NCBI GenBank assembly: GCA_963553945.1
Contig: CAUVOX010000002.1
Location: 3,854-67,853, forward strand
Length of the DNA: 64,000 nucleotides
DNA from: an uncultured Candidatus Saccharibacteria bacterium
GTDB taxonomy: Bacteria; Patescibacteriota; Saccharimonadia; Saccharimonadales; Saccharimonadaceae
Direction: 5' to 3'
In this document: one piece after another, positions 1 through 9,676 of the stretch
Numbering within the stretch: position 1 is the stretch's first letter
Layout of the letters: every line of letters starts with the position of its first letter
The notes under the pieces: generated by a model
The model's database searches: none
Seen by the model: only the letters and a program-made list of their open reading frames with translations
Told to the model about the DNA's origin: nothing
Position numbers and translations under genes: made by a program

Positions 1-1
1 T

Positions 2-334
2 CTCTATATGCAAGCCAGCGACCTGATGTTCATGCCTTCCGAGCAAGAGACGTTTGGTCTGGCACTAATTGAAGGGGCAGCCTGTGGTATGCCGGTTATC
101 GTCCGAGACATTCACGACTACGACGCCACCTTTGGCGACTTAGTGATTCGTAGTGATGAGGATCATTTTGCTACAACGATTAAGCGCTATCTGACCGACA
201 AGCAACTCTACGCCGATGGCGTCAAGCGCTCGCACCGGATTGCCAGCCGATACGACACGACCAAGGCTGAGCGTCAGCTGCTTGATCTCTACCGTTCGCT
301 ACTGGACGATAACTCTGAAGCTGCTGGGGTATAA
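2..334 (+). CDS. GT4-family glycosyltransferase, C-terminal part (5' end outside window)
   Basis: PSEQETFGLALIEGAACGMPVI is the GT-B/GT4 E-x7-E motif; frame is open to the window edge. Confidence 0.85.
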   Translation, partial: LYMQASDLMFMPSEQETFGLALIEGAACGMPVIVRDIHDYDATFGDLVIRSDEDHFATTIKRYLTDKQLYADGVKRSHRIASRYDTTKAERQLLDLYRSLLDDNSEAAGV

Positions 335-342
335 TAAAGGTC

Positions 343-1641
343 ATGCGCATCGGACTATTTACCGACTCATACCGCCCCGCCCAAAATGGCGTAGTGGTGG
401 TAGTCGACGTAACTAGACGAGAGTTAGAGAAAATGGGACACGAGGTATATGTCTTCGCCCCCTCGGCCAATCTGCTTAATCAAGTTGCCGAAGTCGACCA
501 AGCCGACGACCACCTGATTCACTTCCCGACTATCCGAGGAGCAGGCTTTAAGGAGGGACAATTATCAGTCTTCTTCCCCGCTAAGCTGCTAGACAAAGTG
601 CGCAAGCTCAAGATTGACGTACTGCATTTTTTCACCGCCGGACAGATGGCACTCTTCTGCTGCTATGCCGCTCGCAAGACTAACGCCGTCTTGATCGGTC
701 AACATTGCACCGACACCTACGAATACTCCGACAGTTACCGCCTACTCAAGATCGGCTATGCCGCCATGGGGGCGTTGATGCCTCTAGCCGTGCAAATGAC
801 TACCGAACAAAAGCTGGGACTGGCCACTCTGTATACCTTTGCCGGACACGACCATGATGAAGGCTGGGGGCGACGACTGGTAGCCGGTACGCTGGCTCTG
901 TGGTACCAGGCATGCGACGCCACCATTGCCGTCAGCCGGAAATCAGCCGACCAGCTGACTGATATCGCCAAGCGCTATCATACCAGGATGAATCTAGTCA
1001 CCATCCCGACCGGCGTCAATCCGCCGCCCCAAGTAACTGCTAAGCAGGTCGAGCAATTTCGCCAAGCTAATGGCATTAGCTCGGATGACGAGGTCGTCAT
1101 TTATTACGGTCGCCTAGGGCAAGAAAAGAATCTAAAACTACTCATCCCGATGATTGAGCAAGTGATTAAAGAACGCCCTCAGGCTCGGCTAGTTTTCGCC
1201 GGTGACTGGGAATATCGAGCGACATTAGAGAAGTTAGCTCTGGCTAGCCCGGCTCGAGACCGTATCACTTTTACCGGACGATACCGGCGAGACGAGATCG
1301 GTATCCTAAACGCCATCAGCAAGATCTATGCCTTCCCATCGCTGACCGACACTCAGGGGCTAGTGGTGAGCGAAGCAGCCTACGGTGGCTTACCGATCGT
1401 CCTATGTGACCCACTAGCCCCGGCTTGTTTCGAGGCAAACGGCAACGGACTGGTGGCTGCCGATGATCCGGCAGATTTCGCCGACAAGGTCATCCGGCTG
1501 CTATCTGACCCCAAGCTCTATCACCGGTTTAGCCGGCGTTCCATTAAGCTGGCTAGTGAGTTAACTGAGACCAACCAAACCAAGAAGCTGGTCAAAGTCT
1601 ACCGCCAGGCACTACGCCGTGAGCGACACCACGCCGATTAG
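343..1641 (+). CDS. GT4-family glycosyltransferase (diacylglycerol glucosyltransferase-like)
   Basis: MRIGLFTDSYRP...NGV N-terminus; GRLGQEKN; FPSLTDTQGLVVSEA. Confidence 0.88.
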   Translation: MRIGLFTDSYRPAQNGVVVVVDVTRRELEKMGHEVYVFAPSANLLNQVAEVDQADDHLIHFPTIRGAGFKEGQLSVFFPAKLLDKVRKLKIDVLHFFTAGQMALFCCYAARKTNAVLIGQHCTDTYEYSDSYRLLKIGYAAMGALMPLAVQMTTEQKLGLATLYTFAGHDHDEGWGRRLVAGTLALWYQACDATIAVSRKSADQLTDIAKRYHTRMNLVTIPTGVNPPPQVTAKQVEQFRQANGISSDDEVVIYYGRLGQEKNLKLLIPMIEQVIKERPQARLVFAGDWEYRATLEKLALASPARDRITFTGRYRRDEIGILNAISKIYAFPSLTDTQGLVVSEAAYGGLPIVLCDPLAPACFEANGNGLVAADDPADFADKVIRLLSDPKLYHRFSRRSIKLASELTETNQTKKLVKVYRQALRRERHHAD

Positions 1642-1693
1642 TACCCCAGCGTCAATATGCCCGGGGACATCGGAATAAAGAGTGACCGGCTAA

Positions 1694-1960
1694 CTACTTG
1701 ATGTAGCCAAACTGGCGCAAGTACTCGTCAATCTTACCCCGATCGAACCCTAGCACCAGCTGACCGGAGATATCTATCACCGGAACGCCGCGGAAATTGC
1801 CGCCGATCTTTGCCATCAGTTCATCATGAGCTGACTGGTCATCCTCAATGTTCTTGTCAACTGTCGGCACATCCATACTCGCCAAATACTGTACCGCCAT
1901 CTTGCAGTAAGCGCACCAACTAGTGCTATAGATGATTACCGGAGCTTTTTCTTTACTCAT
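1694..1960 (-). CDS. Glutaredoxin/NrdH-like redoxin
   Basis: YSTSWCAYC CxxC; GVPVIDI; GFD. Confidence 0.9.
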   Translation of the reverse strand: MSKEKAPVIIYSTSWCAYCKMAVQYLASMDVPTVDKNIEDDQSAHDELMAKIGGNFRGVPVIDISGQLVLGFDRGKIDEYLRQFGYIK

Positions 1961-2017
1961 ACCCCTCCTAGATTACTAAAGTTATTTTACCATAAGCTGA
2001 TTACAATACCAGTAGCC

Positions 2018-2389
2018 TTAGGCGTCATACCGCCTCAGCCGACGCTGGTCTTCTCTAGGCTTGTCGTTTTTACTGTATAGTTCTATGAAACTAACCTCAG
2101 CTTTATCTACAGCCACCGCAAATACCAGACGTAGCTTACCTCGATACGAGTCCGTATCGGTATCAAGACGCATCTTGACCACCTCCACTGCACCGGTCTT
2201 AGTCAGAATAGTCGCTTTCTTGCCGGCCAGAAACAGCTTCTTGAACTCCGCTTGCTCTGCATCGGGGCGCCCGTAGAGTGCTTCAATCAGATGCTTTGCC
2301 CGCTCCAAGTCTCCTTCTAGACTCCGAACTCGCTTCTTCAGCGCTTTAACATCCTTTTCAAACTCCGGTACTCGACTATAGTTCATCAT
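2018..2389 (-). CDS. RelE/ParE-like toxin (putative)
   Basis: PEFEKDVKAL N-terminus, KLRLVF...IELYSKNDK C-terminus; overlaps the antitoxin stop. Confidence 0.7.
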   Translation of the reverse strand: MMNYSRVPEFEKDVKALKKRVRSLEGDLERAKHLIEALYGRPDAEQAEFKKLFLAGKKATILTKTGAVEVVKMRLDTDTDSYRGKLRLVFAVAVDKAEVSFIELYSKNDKPREDQRRLRRYDA

Positions 2390-3167
2390 TTGGTTCGGTC
2401 ACTGCCGTAGCATCAGTTCGATAAAATGTATCACGATAATCAATTGGCTTATGTGGTGAAGCGACAATCCAAGGGGTATCCCGATGTGATAAATCGCTTA
2501 ACTCAGTAGCCGTCTTGTCACTGAGTCGATCTAACTCGCTATCAATATGCTTGATCTCCTGGGCATTCAGCCGGTCCAGCTTAGCTGCAGTTACTGCCAG
2601 ATATTTCTTCTGCTTGTTATTAAAATACTCAGTAGTGACGACCTCCAATTCACCCGCTTGTTCCATATTTTGGACTAGCGTCCTGAAATCTCTGGTCTTA
2701 GGAGTAGGTCCAAAATGATTGTGATAATATTCCAAGCCCGTCACGCTCTGACCATACTTCTCGTAATAATCAAAGTCGATAAAATAGAGCAGCTTATAGA
2801 GCACTGTTTCACCCACATTAGGTTTACCGCCAACTTTATTTAGGATATAGAGGAGTACTTGACGGAGCTTCTCGGGCTGATAGCTCGGTGCAATCTCTCG
2901 TGGGGTAAGATCAGTACGCTCCTCCGACACGACGGATGGAAGTTCCACCTCGTTCATATCCTCTATGATTATATTGCCGTCAGCCAAGTCTTGGAGGCTG
3001 ATCTCGTAATATTGACTGAGCTTTCTCAGCTCATCCAGCCGAGCCTCTCGAGTGCCATTTTCCAGCTTGATATAGGTAGCACGAGCGATACCAATAGCAT
3101 CAGCCACTTCCTGCTGAGACAACTTGGCTCGTCTACGTAGCATCTTAATTGCTTGGGTAAAGGTCAT
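2376..3167 (-). CDS. XRE-HTH + DUF4065 (Panacea/SocA-like) antitoxin
   Basis: N-terminal HTH (LSQQEVADAIGIARATYIKLENG); LYKLLYFIDF, FGP and LSHRDTPW Panacea-like motifs; SD AAGGAGG. Confidence 0.85.
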   Translation of the reverse strand: MTFTQAIKMLRRRAKLSQQEVADAIGIARATYIKLENGTREARLDELRKLSQYYEISLQDLADGNIIIEDMNEVELPSVVSEERTDLTPREIAPSYQPEKLRQVLLYILNKVGGKPNVGETVLYKLLYFIDFDYYEKYGQSVTGLEYYHNHFGPTPKTRDFRTLVQNMEQAGELEVVTTEYFNNKQKKYLAVTAAKLDRLNAQEIKHIDSELDRLSDKTATELSDLSHRDTPWIVASPHKPIDYRDTFYRTDATAVTEPNDEL

Positions 3168-3204
3168 AGCGCCTCCTTTCCTAGGAACAATACTACATTA
3201 GTAT

Positions 3205-3225
3205 ACAAATATAATCAATATTTGT
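3205..3225. promoter_or_regulatory. Palindromic operator upstream of the TA operon
   Basis: ACAAATAT-N5-ATATTTGT inverted repeat next to a TGn-TAGTAT -10 on the minus strand. Confidence 0.55.
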
Positions 3226-3261
3226 GTCTAGATATAGAACTTATTCCGAGCTCCGACCTGA

Positions 3262-3462
3262 CTACTGCGCTTGTCGCTTGGTTAAGTGCCAACCACCACA
3301 ATACGGACAATGATAGACCTTAAGCTGTAGATTATTATTAGTAAAGATTAGCTCTTGTTGCTCTGCCACCAGCTTGGCTTCTCGTTCTGAGTCGTAGCGC
3401 ACTTTGCCGCAAGAGCGCCGAGGCGGTAGCGGAACGAAGGGTTTTACTTTGTGTTTTGCCAT
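3262..3462 (-). CDS. Small hypothetical protein with Zn-finger-like motif
   Basis: CGKVRY...YHCPYCGGWHLT; overlaps the trxB end. Confidence 0.65.
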   Translation of the reverse strand: MAKHKVKPFVPLPPRRSCGKVRYDSEREAKLVAEQQELIFTNNNLQLKVYHCPYCGGWHLTKRQAQ

Positions 3463-4391
3463 CTTACTGTTGTCCAAAATAGATGCAGATCGATATGCTT
3501 AGCCGCCACTGCTCCATCGCCTGCCGCACTAACGATCTGTCTAATCTCACCCGAACGAATATCACCGCACGCCCAAATATTGGGCTCATCGGTCATCAGA
3601 TTATCACCGGTCACGATACGACCCGCCTCATCCAGCCGAATCTTCGTCCCTTTGATAAATCCATTGTTGGGCTCGGTGCCGACGAAGACAAATGCGCCGT
3701 CGCAGTCTATCTGTCGCTCTTTCTGACCATCAGTCACCTTAACGCCGGTTAATTTGTCGCCGTCACCCACCATCTCAAGAGGACGCCACCCCTCTAGAAC
3801 GATTACTTTGTCCGCTTTGGTTAGCTTAGTCAGTTCCTCCCTTAATATCTTATCTGCCCTTAGGCGACTACGTACCAGCATGACAATGCGCTTAACCTGC
3901 TTGGCTAAAAAGATCACTTCTTGAACCGCCGTATTGGCGCCACCGACTACTACAATATCCTTATCATGATAAAAAGCCCCATCGCAAGTAGCGCAATAGT
4001 GCACTCCATGCGACGAGTACTCCGCCTCGCCCGGGATACCTAGATGACGATAGCCGGCCCCACTAGCGATCAGCACCGCCGTCGCCATCACCTCGCCGGC
4101 ATCGGTCTGAAGGATTATCGGTCGACCCGGCTTGATGCTATTCACCTTGGCAAACTTAATCTCTACACCAAAACGCCTTGCCTGAGACTCCAGCGAACTC
4201 GCCAGCTCCATGCCGGTTACCCCTTCGGCAAAGCCGGGGTAATTATCAACTCGATCAATGGTCGCCACTTGTCCGCCTATCAGCTGGCTCTCCAGAACTA
4301 TCGTCTTGTGCCCGGCTCGACTCAGATAGATCGCTGCCGTTAGCCCACTCGGGCCGGCCCCAATGATAGCTACGCTGTACATCTCTTTCAT
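3444..4391 (-). CDS. trxB: Thioredoxin-disulfide reductase
   Basis: GAGPSG FAD motif, CATCDG active site, GGANTA NADPH motif. Confidence 0.93.
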   Translation of the reverse strand: MKEMYSVAIIGAGPSGLTAAIYLSRAGHKTIVLESQLIGGQVATIDRVDNYPGFAEGVTGMELASSLESQARRFGVEIKFAKVNSIKPGRPIILQTDAGEVMATAVLIASGAGYRHLGIPGEAEYSSHGVHYCATCDGAFYHDKDIVVVGGANTAVQEVIFLAKQVKRIVMLVRSRLRADKILREELTKLTKADKVIVLEGWRPLEMVGDGDKLTGVKVTDGQKERQIDCDGAFVFVGTEPNNGFIKGTKIRLDEAGRIVTGDNLMTDEPNIWACGDIRSGEIRQIVSAAGDGAVAAKHIDLHLFWTTVRWQNTK

Positions 4392-4403
4392 ACAACTATT
4401 ATA

Positions 4404-6146
4404 TCAAGCAGCAGGACATTTAGTCATAATCAGTGCCACATAGGGCGGCAGATCGACTAGCATACCGGCATTGATAGCATCCAGCTTCAGCTCGGCAAAA
4501 TCCGCCGAATAACCCTTCCACGACGAGTTAAACCGTATCGACCAATCCCCATAAGGCAAGGGTAGCTGGTAGTCTCGCCACTTTTCGCCACTAAAATTAG
4601 CCACTATGACGACCGGCTGATCATCATCACTACCTCGCTGATACATCAACACCCGACAATTGTCATCTTGTAGAAGCACCCTGATATCGCCGCTCTGAAG
4701 ACCGCCGGTGTCACCATAGCGATTAGTCCTCAGAGCGATTAAGTGACGATGCGCCTCGACAATGCCTTGAAACTTGCCCGCATTGTCCCAATCAAGTGCC
4801 TGCCAATCATTAAAATCACCAGCCTGTAAGAACTCCGACCCGGCCAATATCATCGGTATCCCCGGTGTGGTCATAGCAATGGCGGCGCTCAGAATGGCAA
4901 TTCGCCTAGCACTGACGCTATGAGTGTCAGTCACCGCCGTCGCCACTAGTCGCTCATTGCCGTTAGCCGCCGTATCATGACTGTCGGCGAAAACGACCCG
5001 CTGATGCCAATCGCCATTAAAGCCTTGCCCCTGCACATTGATCAGATTAGTCAAGCCCGGCGTCTCATTGCCGATATGCAAAGCACCACGGATCACGTGC
5101 GGTAAGCCGAGATCCCACTGGCTATCAAAACCCGCCCCGCCGTACTCGGTGGCATTAGTCACCTGCCCGTTGCCCGAGCAATCCTCAGCGATCATCAGGC
5201 AGTCAGACTTGATCTTGTGCGCCCTAGTGGTCATGTCAGACATAAGACGCCAAGCGTCAGGTAAGTCGTGAGCCGGGTCATTATTCTGGCCGATCATATT
5301 ACGCATGTAGATAGTGCTATCGATCCGAAAACCGTCAACATGATAGTCATTAAGCCACATGGCGATATTGTCAAGGATGAAATCTCGTACTTCCACCCGT
5401 CCATAGTCGGGTCGCCCGCCCCACGGTGTCTCACTCCGCTCGTCGTTGTAGAAATAAACCCCGCCTCGATCCGCTTCACTCCAGCCGTCGAACCGCCATA
5501 AGGCGGACTTGGGGCCGAAGTGATTGTAAACCATGTCTAAAATAACCGCCAAGCCCCGCCGGTGCGCCTCCTTAACCAAGGTCTTCAGACCGTAGCTACC
5601 ACCATAGGCATTCTCTACCGAGTAAAGTGCACTCGGTGCATAGCCCCAGCCATGACTGGTCGCCATAGAAGTGATGGGCATTAGCTCTAGCGTGGTCACA
5701 CCCAATTCCTTTAGATAGTCCAGCTTACTTATGGCTGTAGTGAAAGTACCGGTGGTCGATGGATCCGGTCTGGCAAACGTGCCGATGTGAATCTCATATA
5801 GCACTTGTTGGCTTAAAGGTGGCATGGCGAACTTGTCGTAGCCCTCCCAATCAAACTTGCCATTAGTCACCAGCCCCAGCCCGTCGTCGCTGTCGGTCAG
5901 AGCTTTCGCCCTGGGGTCGTTGCGATAATAAACTACGCCATCATAGCCCTCGAGTTGGTACTTGTAGCTATGCCCGGCTCGCACCCCGTCAACTCGTACT
6001 GACCAGACACCCGTCTGATCGTCCTTGACCATCGGGATAGCTTGCCACTTTGAGAACTCGCCCATCACCGCCACTTGCCGGGCAAAGGGCGCCCACACCC
6101 GGAAGATAGCACTCTTGTCAAATAATTCCACCCCCAGCTTGCTCAT
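4404..6146 (-). CDS. GH13 alpha-amylase family enzyme with N-terminal CBM48 (branching enzyme/TreZ-like)
   Basis: FRVWAP, YEIHIGTF, DMVYNH, GFRIDS, IAED, SHD conserved regions. Confidence 0.88.
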   Translation of the reverse strand: MSKLGVELFDKSAIFRVWAPFARQVAVMGEFSKWQAIPMVKDDQTGVWSVRVDGVRAGHSYKYQLEGYDGVVYYRNDPRAKALTDSDDGLGLVTNGKFDWEGYDKFAMPPLSQQVLYEIHIGTFARPDPSTTGTFTTAISKLDYLKELGVTTLELMPITSMATSHGWGYAPSALYSVENAYGGSYGLKTLVKEAHRRGLAVILDMVYNHFGPKSALWRFDGWSEADRGGVYFYNDERSETPWGGRPDYGRVEVRDFILDNIAMWLNDYHVDGFRIDSTIYMRNMIGQNNDPAHDLPDAWRLMSDMTTRAHKIKSDCLMIAEDCSGNGQVTNATEYGGAGFDSQWDLGLPHVIRGALHIGNETPGLTNLINVQGQGFNGDWHQRVVFADSHDTAANGNERLVATAVTDTHSVSARRIAILSAAIAMTTPGIPMILAGSEFLQAGDFNDWQALDWDNAGKFQGIVEAHRHLIALRTNRYGDTGGLQSGDIRVLLQDDNCRVLMYQRGSDDDQPVVIVANFSGEKWRDYQLPLPYGDWSIRFNSSWKGYSADFAELKLDAINAGMLVDLPPYVALIMTKCPAA

Positions 6147-6241
6147 TAGTTCTATTTTAGCACAAGCAATTATGTTGGTTCTTACGGCTCACTAAAGTCA
6201 GCTTGACACTAACTAAACGACCATTATAATAGCTAGTGCGA

Positions 6242-6315
6242 TGGGGATTGGCCAAGCGGTAAGGCAACGGGTTCTGGTCCCGTGATCGGGGGTTCGAATC
6301 CCTCATCCCCAGCCA
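6242..6315 (+). tRNA. tRNA-Gln(CTG)
   Basis: TGGGGAT/ATCCCCA acceptor stem, anticodon arm ACGGG-TTCTGGT-CCCGT, GTTCGAATC T-loop, encoded CCA. Confidence 0.96.
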
Positions 6316-6334
6316 AGCACCAGTCTTTGGAGTT

Positions 6335-6362
6335 AGGATAGGCAGAGCCTATCCTCTTTTTT
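6335..6362 (+). terminator. Rho-independent terminator after tRNA-Gln
   Basis: AGGATAGGC-AGA-GCCTATCCT followed by CTTTTTT. Confidence 0.8.
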
Positions 6363-6396
6363 ACGTTAAAACCGTAATGATATCCGGTCATCACCC

Positions 6397-8037
6397 CTAC
6401 TCCTCATACTTCAGCTGGGCGTCTTGCTTGGTGATACTGACCGGTGGATAAAAGGAGTCATTAAAGGTTGGCCAGTTGCGATAAGCACCGTGCTTCTTGC
6501 TGGTCGTGATCGCCATATCAGTGTAGGCCGCCGAGTCGCAAGTCTGGATGATCAAGCAGACATCGGCCAGCGCCTTAGCATCGTTCTCGGTGACGTTATC
6601 CACGCCTGAGTCAGTCAGCAAGTTATGACAGAACGATAGCAACTCAGCCCGAGCATCCAGATCGCCCTTAATAAAGCCACGAGTGGTCAGGTGTTGCCCT
6701 TCGCCGATAATTCCGGTGATCAGCCGGCGCATATTTTCTTTGATATCAACCTTCCGCATAAACTGATCCGCCTCACGAACGTTATAGATGTGTTGGTTGC
6801 GCTTATCGCCCCTCCTGGCTGACTCAGGCTTACCCAGATCGTGTGTCAGTAAGGCAAGTCGAATAATCGGCAATAGATCCGCCGGCAACTTATCGGCGTA
6901 ATTATTGTCAAAGTTACGTAGTACCGTCTCGGTATGCTCTTCCAGAGTAAATTTCTCCCAGTTACCGGCATCAGCCTCGTATATCCTCCGGTAGCCCGGG
7001 ACTTCCATAGCTTTATCCACCAGCTGCTCGGGAGTGGCGTAGAGGTTATTAGATAAGTAGTCGACAAACGAACCCCCGGTCTTCGCCTCAGTCTCCAGAC
7101 CGTCAGCCAGCCGAATAGCAATATCGCCAAACTCTCGTGCGGTAGCTTGACGCCTGTGAGATACCTCCGCCTCGGTATCAACTTTGGCCAGATCAAACAG
7201 AAAGACCGGCTCAATATCCTTCAGTATGGTCGCCGACCGAACCCTCTCCCTCACTCCGACGACATGAGCATTCCTCAACCAGCTCGCCACATAGGTCTGA
7301 TTGATCGGATAAGTATCCCGGTAGGCATCTTGCTTCTTTAGGTAGTCATTGACAATTTGCACCGGGTCAACAGTCATCAATTTCTGAGTACACATCGCCC
7401 CGGCAATGTGTCGCACCGTCATATAGTCAATCCCCAGCTTCTCGGTAATTTCCGGTAGATCAGACAGTTTGGGGAGGCGACCGCCGGCGCCCAAGAAGTC
7501 TTGTGGGTGAAAATGAGTCAAGATATCTCGATGATCAAAGTCAAGTGGGGCGCCGACCATAAAGGGGACTCTTAGCTTGGTGAGGGCTTGTTTGATCTGC
7601 TCTTTCTCCTCGGCAGAGCGACCGACCTGACTGAAACTACCGTCAATGATGGTGGCATCAGCGTCTTCTGAGACGATCCGATGAACTTCGGGCTGGCCGC
7701 CCTCTAGACGACTCCGCTCGTCAGCAAAGCTCTGAGCATTCTCAGCAGTATCTGTCGCCAGAGCTGAAACTTTATTAACATTATCATGGCTGGTGGTGTC
7801 ACCATCATTACGAAAACCCGGCGAGACCTTCCAGTCATCTCCATTAGCATTGTTACGACCGTGATATAGCTCAAGTGAGTTAAGCGGCGTAAATAACCCG
7901 ACCTCCTCCAGATATTTGATCGCCTGATATTTTCCCCGATCGTCGATGCTGCGACTACGCTCCTGGCGAGAGACAAGCTGTGGCTCGTCTACCGACTCGT
8001 GGGACACCGCAGATAACGCTACTTGATTATGTCTCAT
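6397..8037 (-). CDS. Hypothetical protein with C-terminal HD domain and possible N-terminal ADP-ribosyltransferase-like fold
   Basis: EHT...LLTHDLGK...H HD motifs; N-terminal LYHG...AQSFA; SD AGGAG. Confidence 0.65.
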   Translation of the reverse strand: MRHNQVALSAVSHESVDEPQLVSRQERSRSIDDRGKYQAIKYLEEVGLFTPLNSLELYHGRNNANGDDWKVSPGFRNDGDTTSHDNVNKVSALATDTAENAQSFADERSRLEGGQPEVHRIVSEDADATIIDGSFSQVGRSAEEKEQIKQALTKLRVPFMVGAPLDFDHRDILTHFHPQDFLGAGGRLPKLSDLPEITEKLGIDYMTVRHIAGAMCTQKLMTVDPVQIVNDYLKKQDAYRDTYPINQTYVASWLRNAHVVGVRERVRSATILKDIEPVFLFDLAKVDTEAEVSHRRQATAREFGDIAIRLADGLETEAKTGGSFVDYLSNNLYATPEQLVDKAMEVPGYRRIYEADAGNWEKFTLEEHTETVLRNFDNNYADKLPADLLPIIRLALLTHDLGKPESARRGDKRNQHIYNVREADQFMRKVDIKENMRRLITGIIGEGQHLTTRGFIKGDLDARAELLSFCHNLLTDSGVDNVTENDAKALADVCLIIQTCDSAAYTDMAITTSKKHGAYRNWPTFNDSFYPPVSITKQDAQLKYEE

Positions 8038-8096
8038 TTTTATCTCCTAAATACCTAATAGTATGATTGTAACACACCGGCTAGCTAAATCGCTCA

Positions 8097-9245
8097 TTAC
8101 TTACCTAGCAATCGACGGAACCAGCGGACCATCGATACAAATAACTCTCGTCCCGAGGAGCTGGCCAGTAGCTTAAACGTTCCGACGACTACCCTTCTCG
8201 TCTCCGGATCACTCGTTCGGACATTGTGGAGTACCCGGTGCCAATGCTTAGCTAAATACCGACGCAGATCATCAGTGGTGCGGCAGTTCGCCTGGATGAG
8301 CATCCGATATAGCGCATCGGCAAAAGCTTTCCTTTGCTCCAGAGTTAATTCACCAAGCCAGCGCCGAATGGTTCGATTGACATACCGAGACGATCGACTG
8401 ACGTGACCGACCGTTGCCAGCCTAGTTCCGTCAACCCGCCACGACAGTGAGTCGTGCTGATTGATCAGTCGAGCATCGCTCTGTACCACCCGGCCATCGC
8501 CTGCCTGCTCATCCAGCAGTAACCCGACCAACGCTCCCTCGGGCACAGTACTATGGATTCGACCTTTTAGATTACGCCACTGCGCCGGGCTAAATGTCTC
8601 CGCCAAGAAGCCCGGTCCATCATGATTGTAGACCGCTACGATACGATCTCTGATAGCCCGGTCAGCCATCAATCCAGCATAGACAGCCAAGTTACCTCCC
8701 TTGCTGTGACCGCCTAGCATTAACCAATTCTGCGATAATCCGGCTATCATCTGCAAGTAGTGGAGTGCCTCTCGTTGAGCCGGTATGTGACGCTGAAAGG
8801 TCATATTTAGATCTTCCTTCCAGCCCGCTAGGCTATCGTCAGTCCCCTGAAAAGCTAGGTAGTCAAGATAGCCCCGATCGGTATTGATCGAGAAGGTAAC
8901 TGCCCCAAACTGCTCCTCGAGCACGCTGTCAACCTGATGACGATAATGATGCAATAAGACCTCGCCGAAGCGACTGCTCCTAGCGCAGACTCTCAGCAGC
9001 TCCGCTCCCCGGACTCGATTCCACATCAATCTGCCCAGTCGTTCAGTCTCGACCAGCCGGTCAAGCTCAGACAGGGTGCAATTAAAGTTACTGATTTTAC
9101 CAAAAGGTGAGACTGCCAGATCAGCATAGCAGAGTGTCGATAAGATCAGGCTATCCACCTCGTTAAATGGTAGTCGCCAGAAATTACAGCTGCCGTACTG
9201 CTCGACATACTGTATGACACTCCGGGTCGCCCGTCGTCGCTTCAT
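8097..9245 (-). CDS. DUF2974/Mbeg1-like alpha/beta hydrolase (lipase)
   Basis: FNEVDSLILS, AFQGTDDSLAGWKED, GHSKGG, DGPGF, QHD; start moved to the ATG 6 nt after TATAAT. Confidence 0.85.
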   Translation of the reverse strand: MKRRRATRSVIQYVEQYGSCNFWRLPFNEVDSLILSTLCYADLAVSPFGKISNFNCTLSELDRLVETERLGRLMWNRVRGAELLRVCARSSRFGEVLLHHYRHQVDSVLEEQFGAVTFSINTDRGYLDYLAFQGTDDSLAGWKEDLNMTFQRHIPAQREALHYLQMIAGLSQNWLMLGGHSKGGNLAVYAGLMADRAIRDRIVAVYNHDGPGFLAETFSPAQWRNLKGRIHSTVPEGALVGLLLDEQAGDGRVVQSDARLINQHDSLSWRVDGTRLATVGHVSRSSRYVNRTIRRWLGELTLEQRKAFADALYRMLIQANCRTTDDLRRYLAKHWHRVLHNVRTSDPETRRVVVGTFKLLASSSGRELFVSMVRWFRRLLGK

Positions 9246-9403
9246 ACCCAGATTATAACAAGTGCTATAATGGTCTATAACCAATCACACCTCGGTCACT
9301 GTGCGGTTTCATAAAATTATCCTGAGATGGTACGAGCTAACGACGGATACTCTAGACCTTTGGATACCCCGAGCTAGCCGTCTTAGTTTTTCTTAGGAGT
9401 TTT

Positions 9404-9676
9404 ATGAATCCAATCGTATCAATCAATCAGCCGGTCGACGTCATCGTTTCTTTTAGTCGCTCAGCTCGCACCACCGGAGTTATGCCCGTCAAGATGCGTC
9501 ATCATGGCGTCGATATCAACCTAACTAAGCTGGGGCTATGCTATCCCATCCGACACGGCGCCAGGCTGTGCTACATCTTTGACGTCAGCGACGGCACTAA
9601 TGACTACTCCCTGGAGTTTGATACGACGACCCTGCGCTGGACTCTACTGTCATTGATCGATGGAGCGAGCCTATGA
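9404..9676 (+). CDS. Small beta-rich hypothetical protein coupled to dinB (DUF6504-like by inference)
   Basis: SD AGGAG; ATGA overlap with the polymerase gene. Confidence 0.65.
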   Translation: MNPIVSINQPVDVIVSFSRSARTTGVMPVKMRHHGVDINLTKLGLCYPIRHGARLCYIFDVSDGTNDYSLEFDTTTLRWTLLSLIDGASL

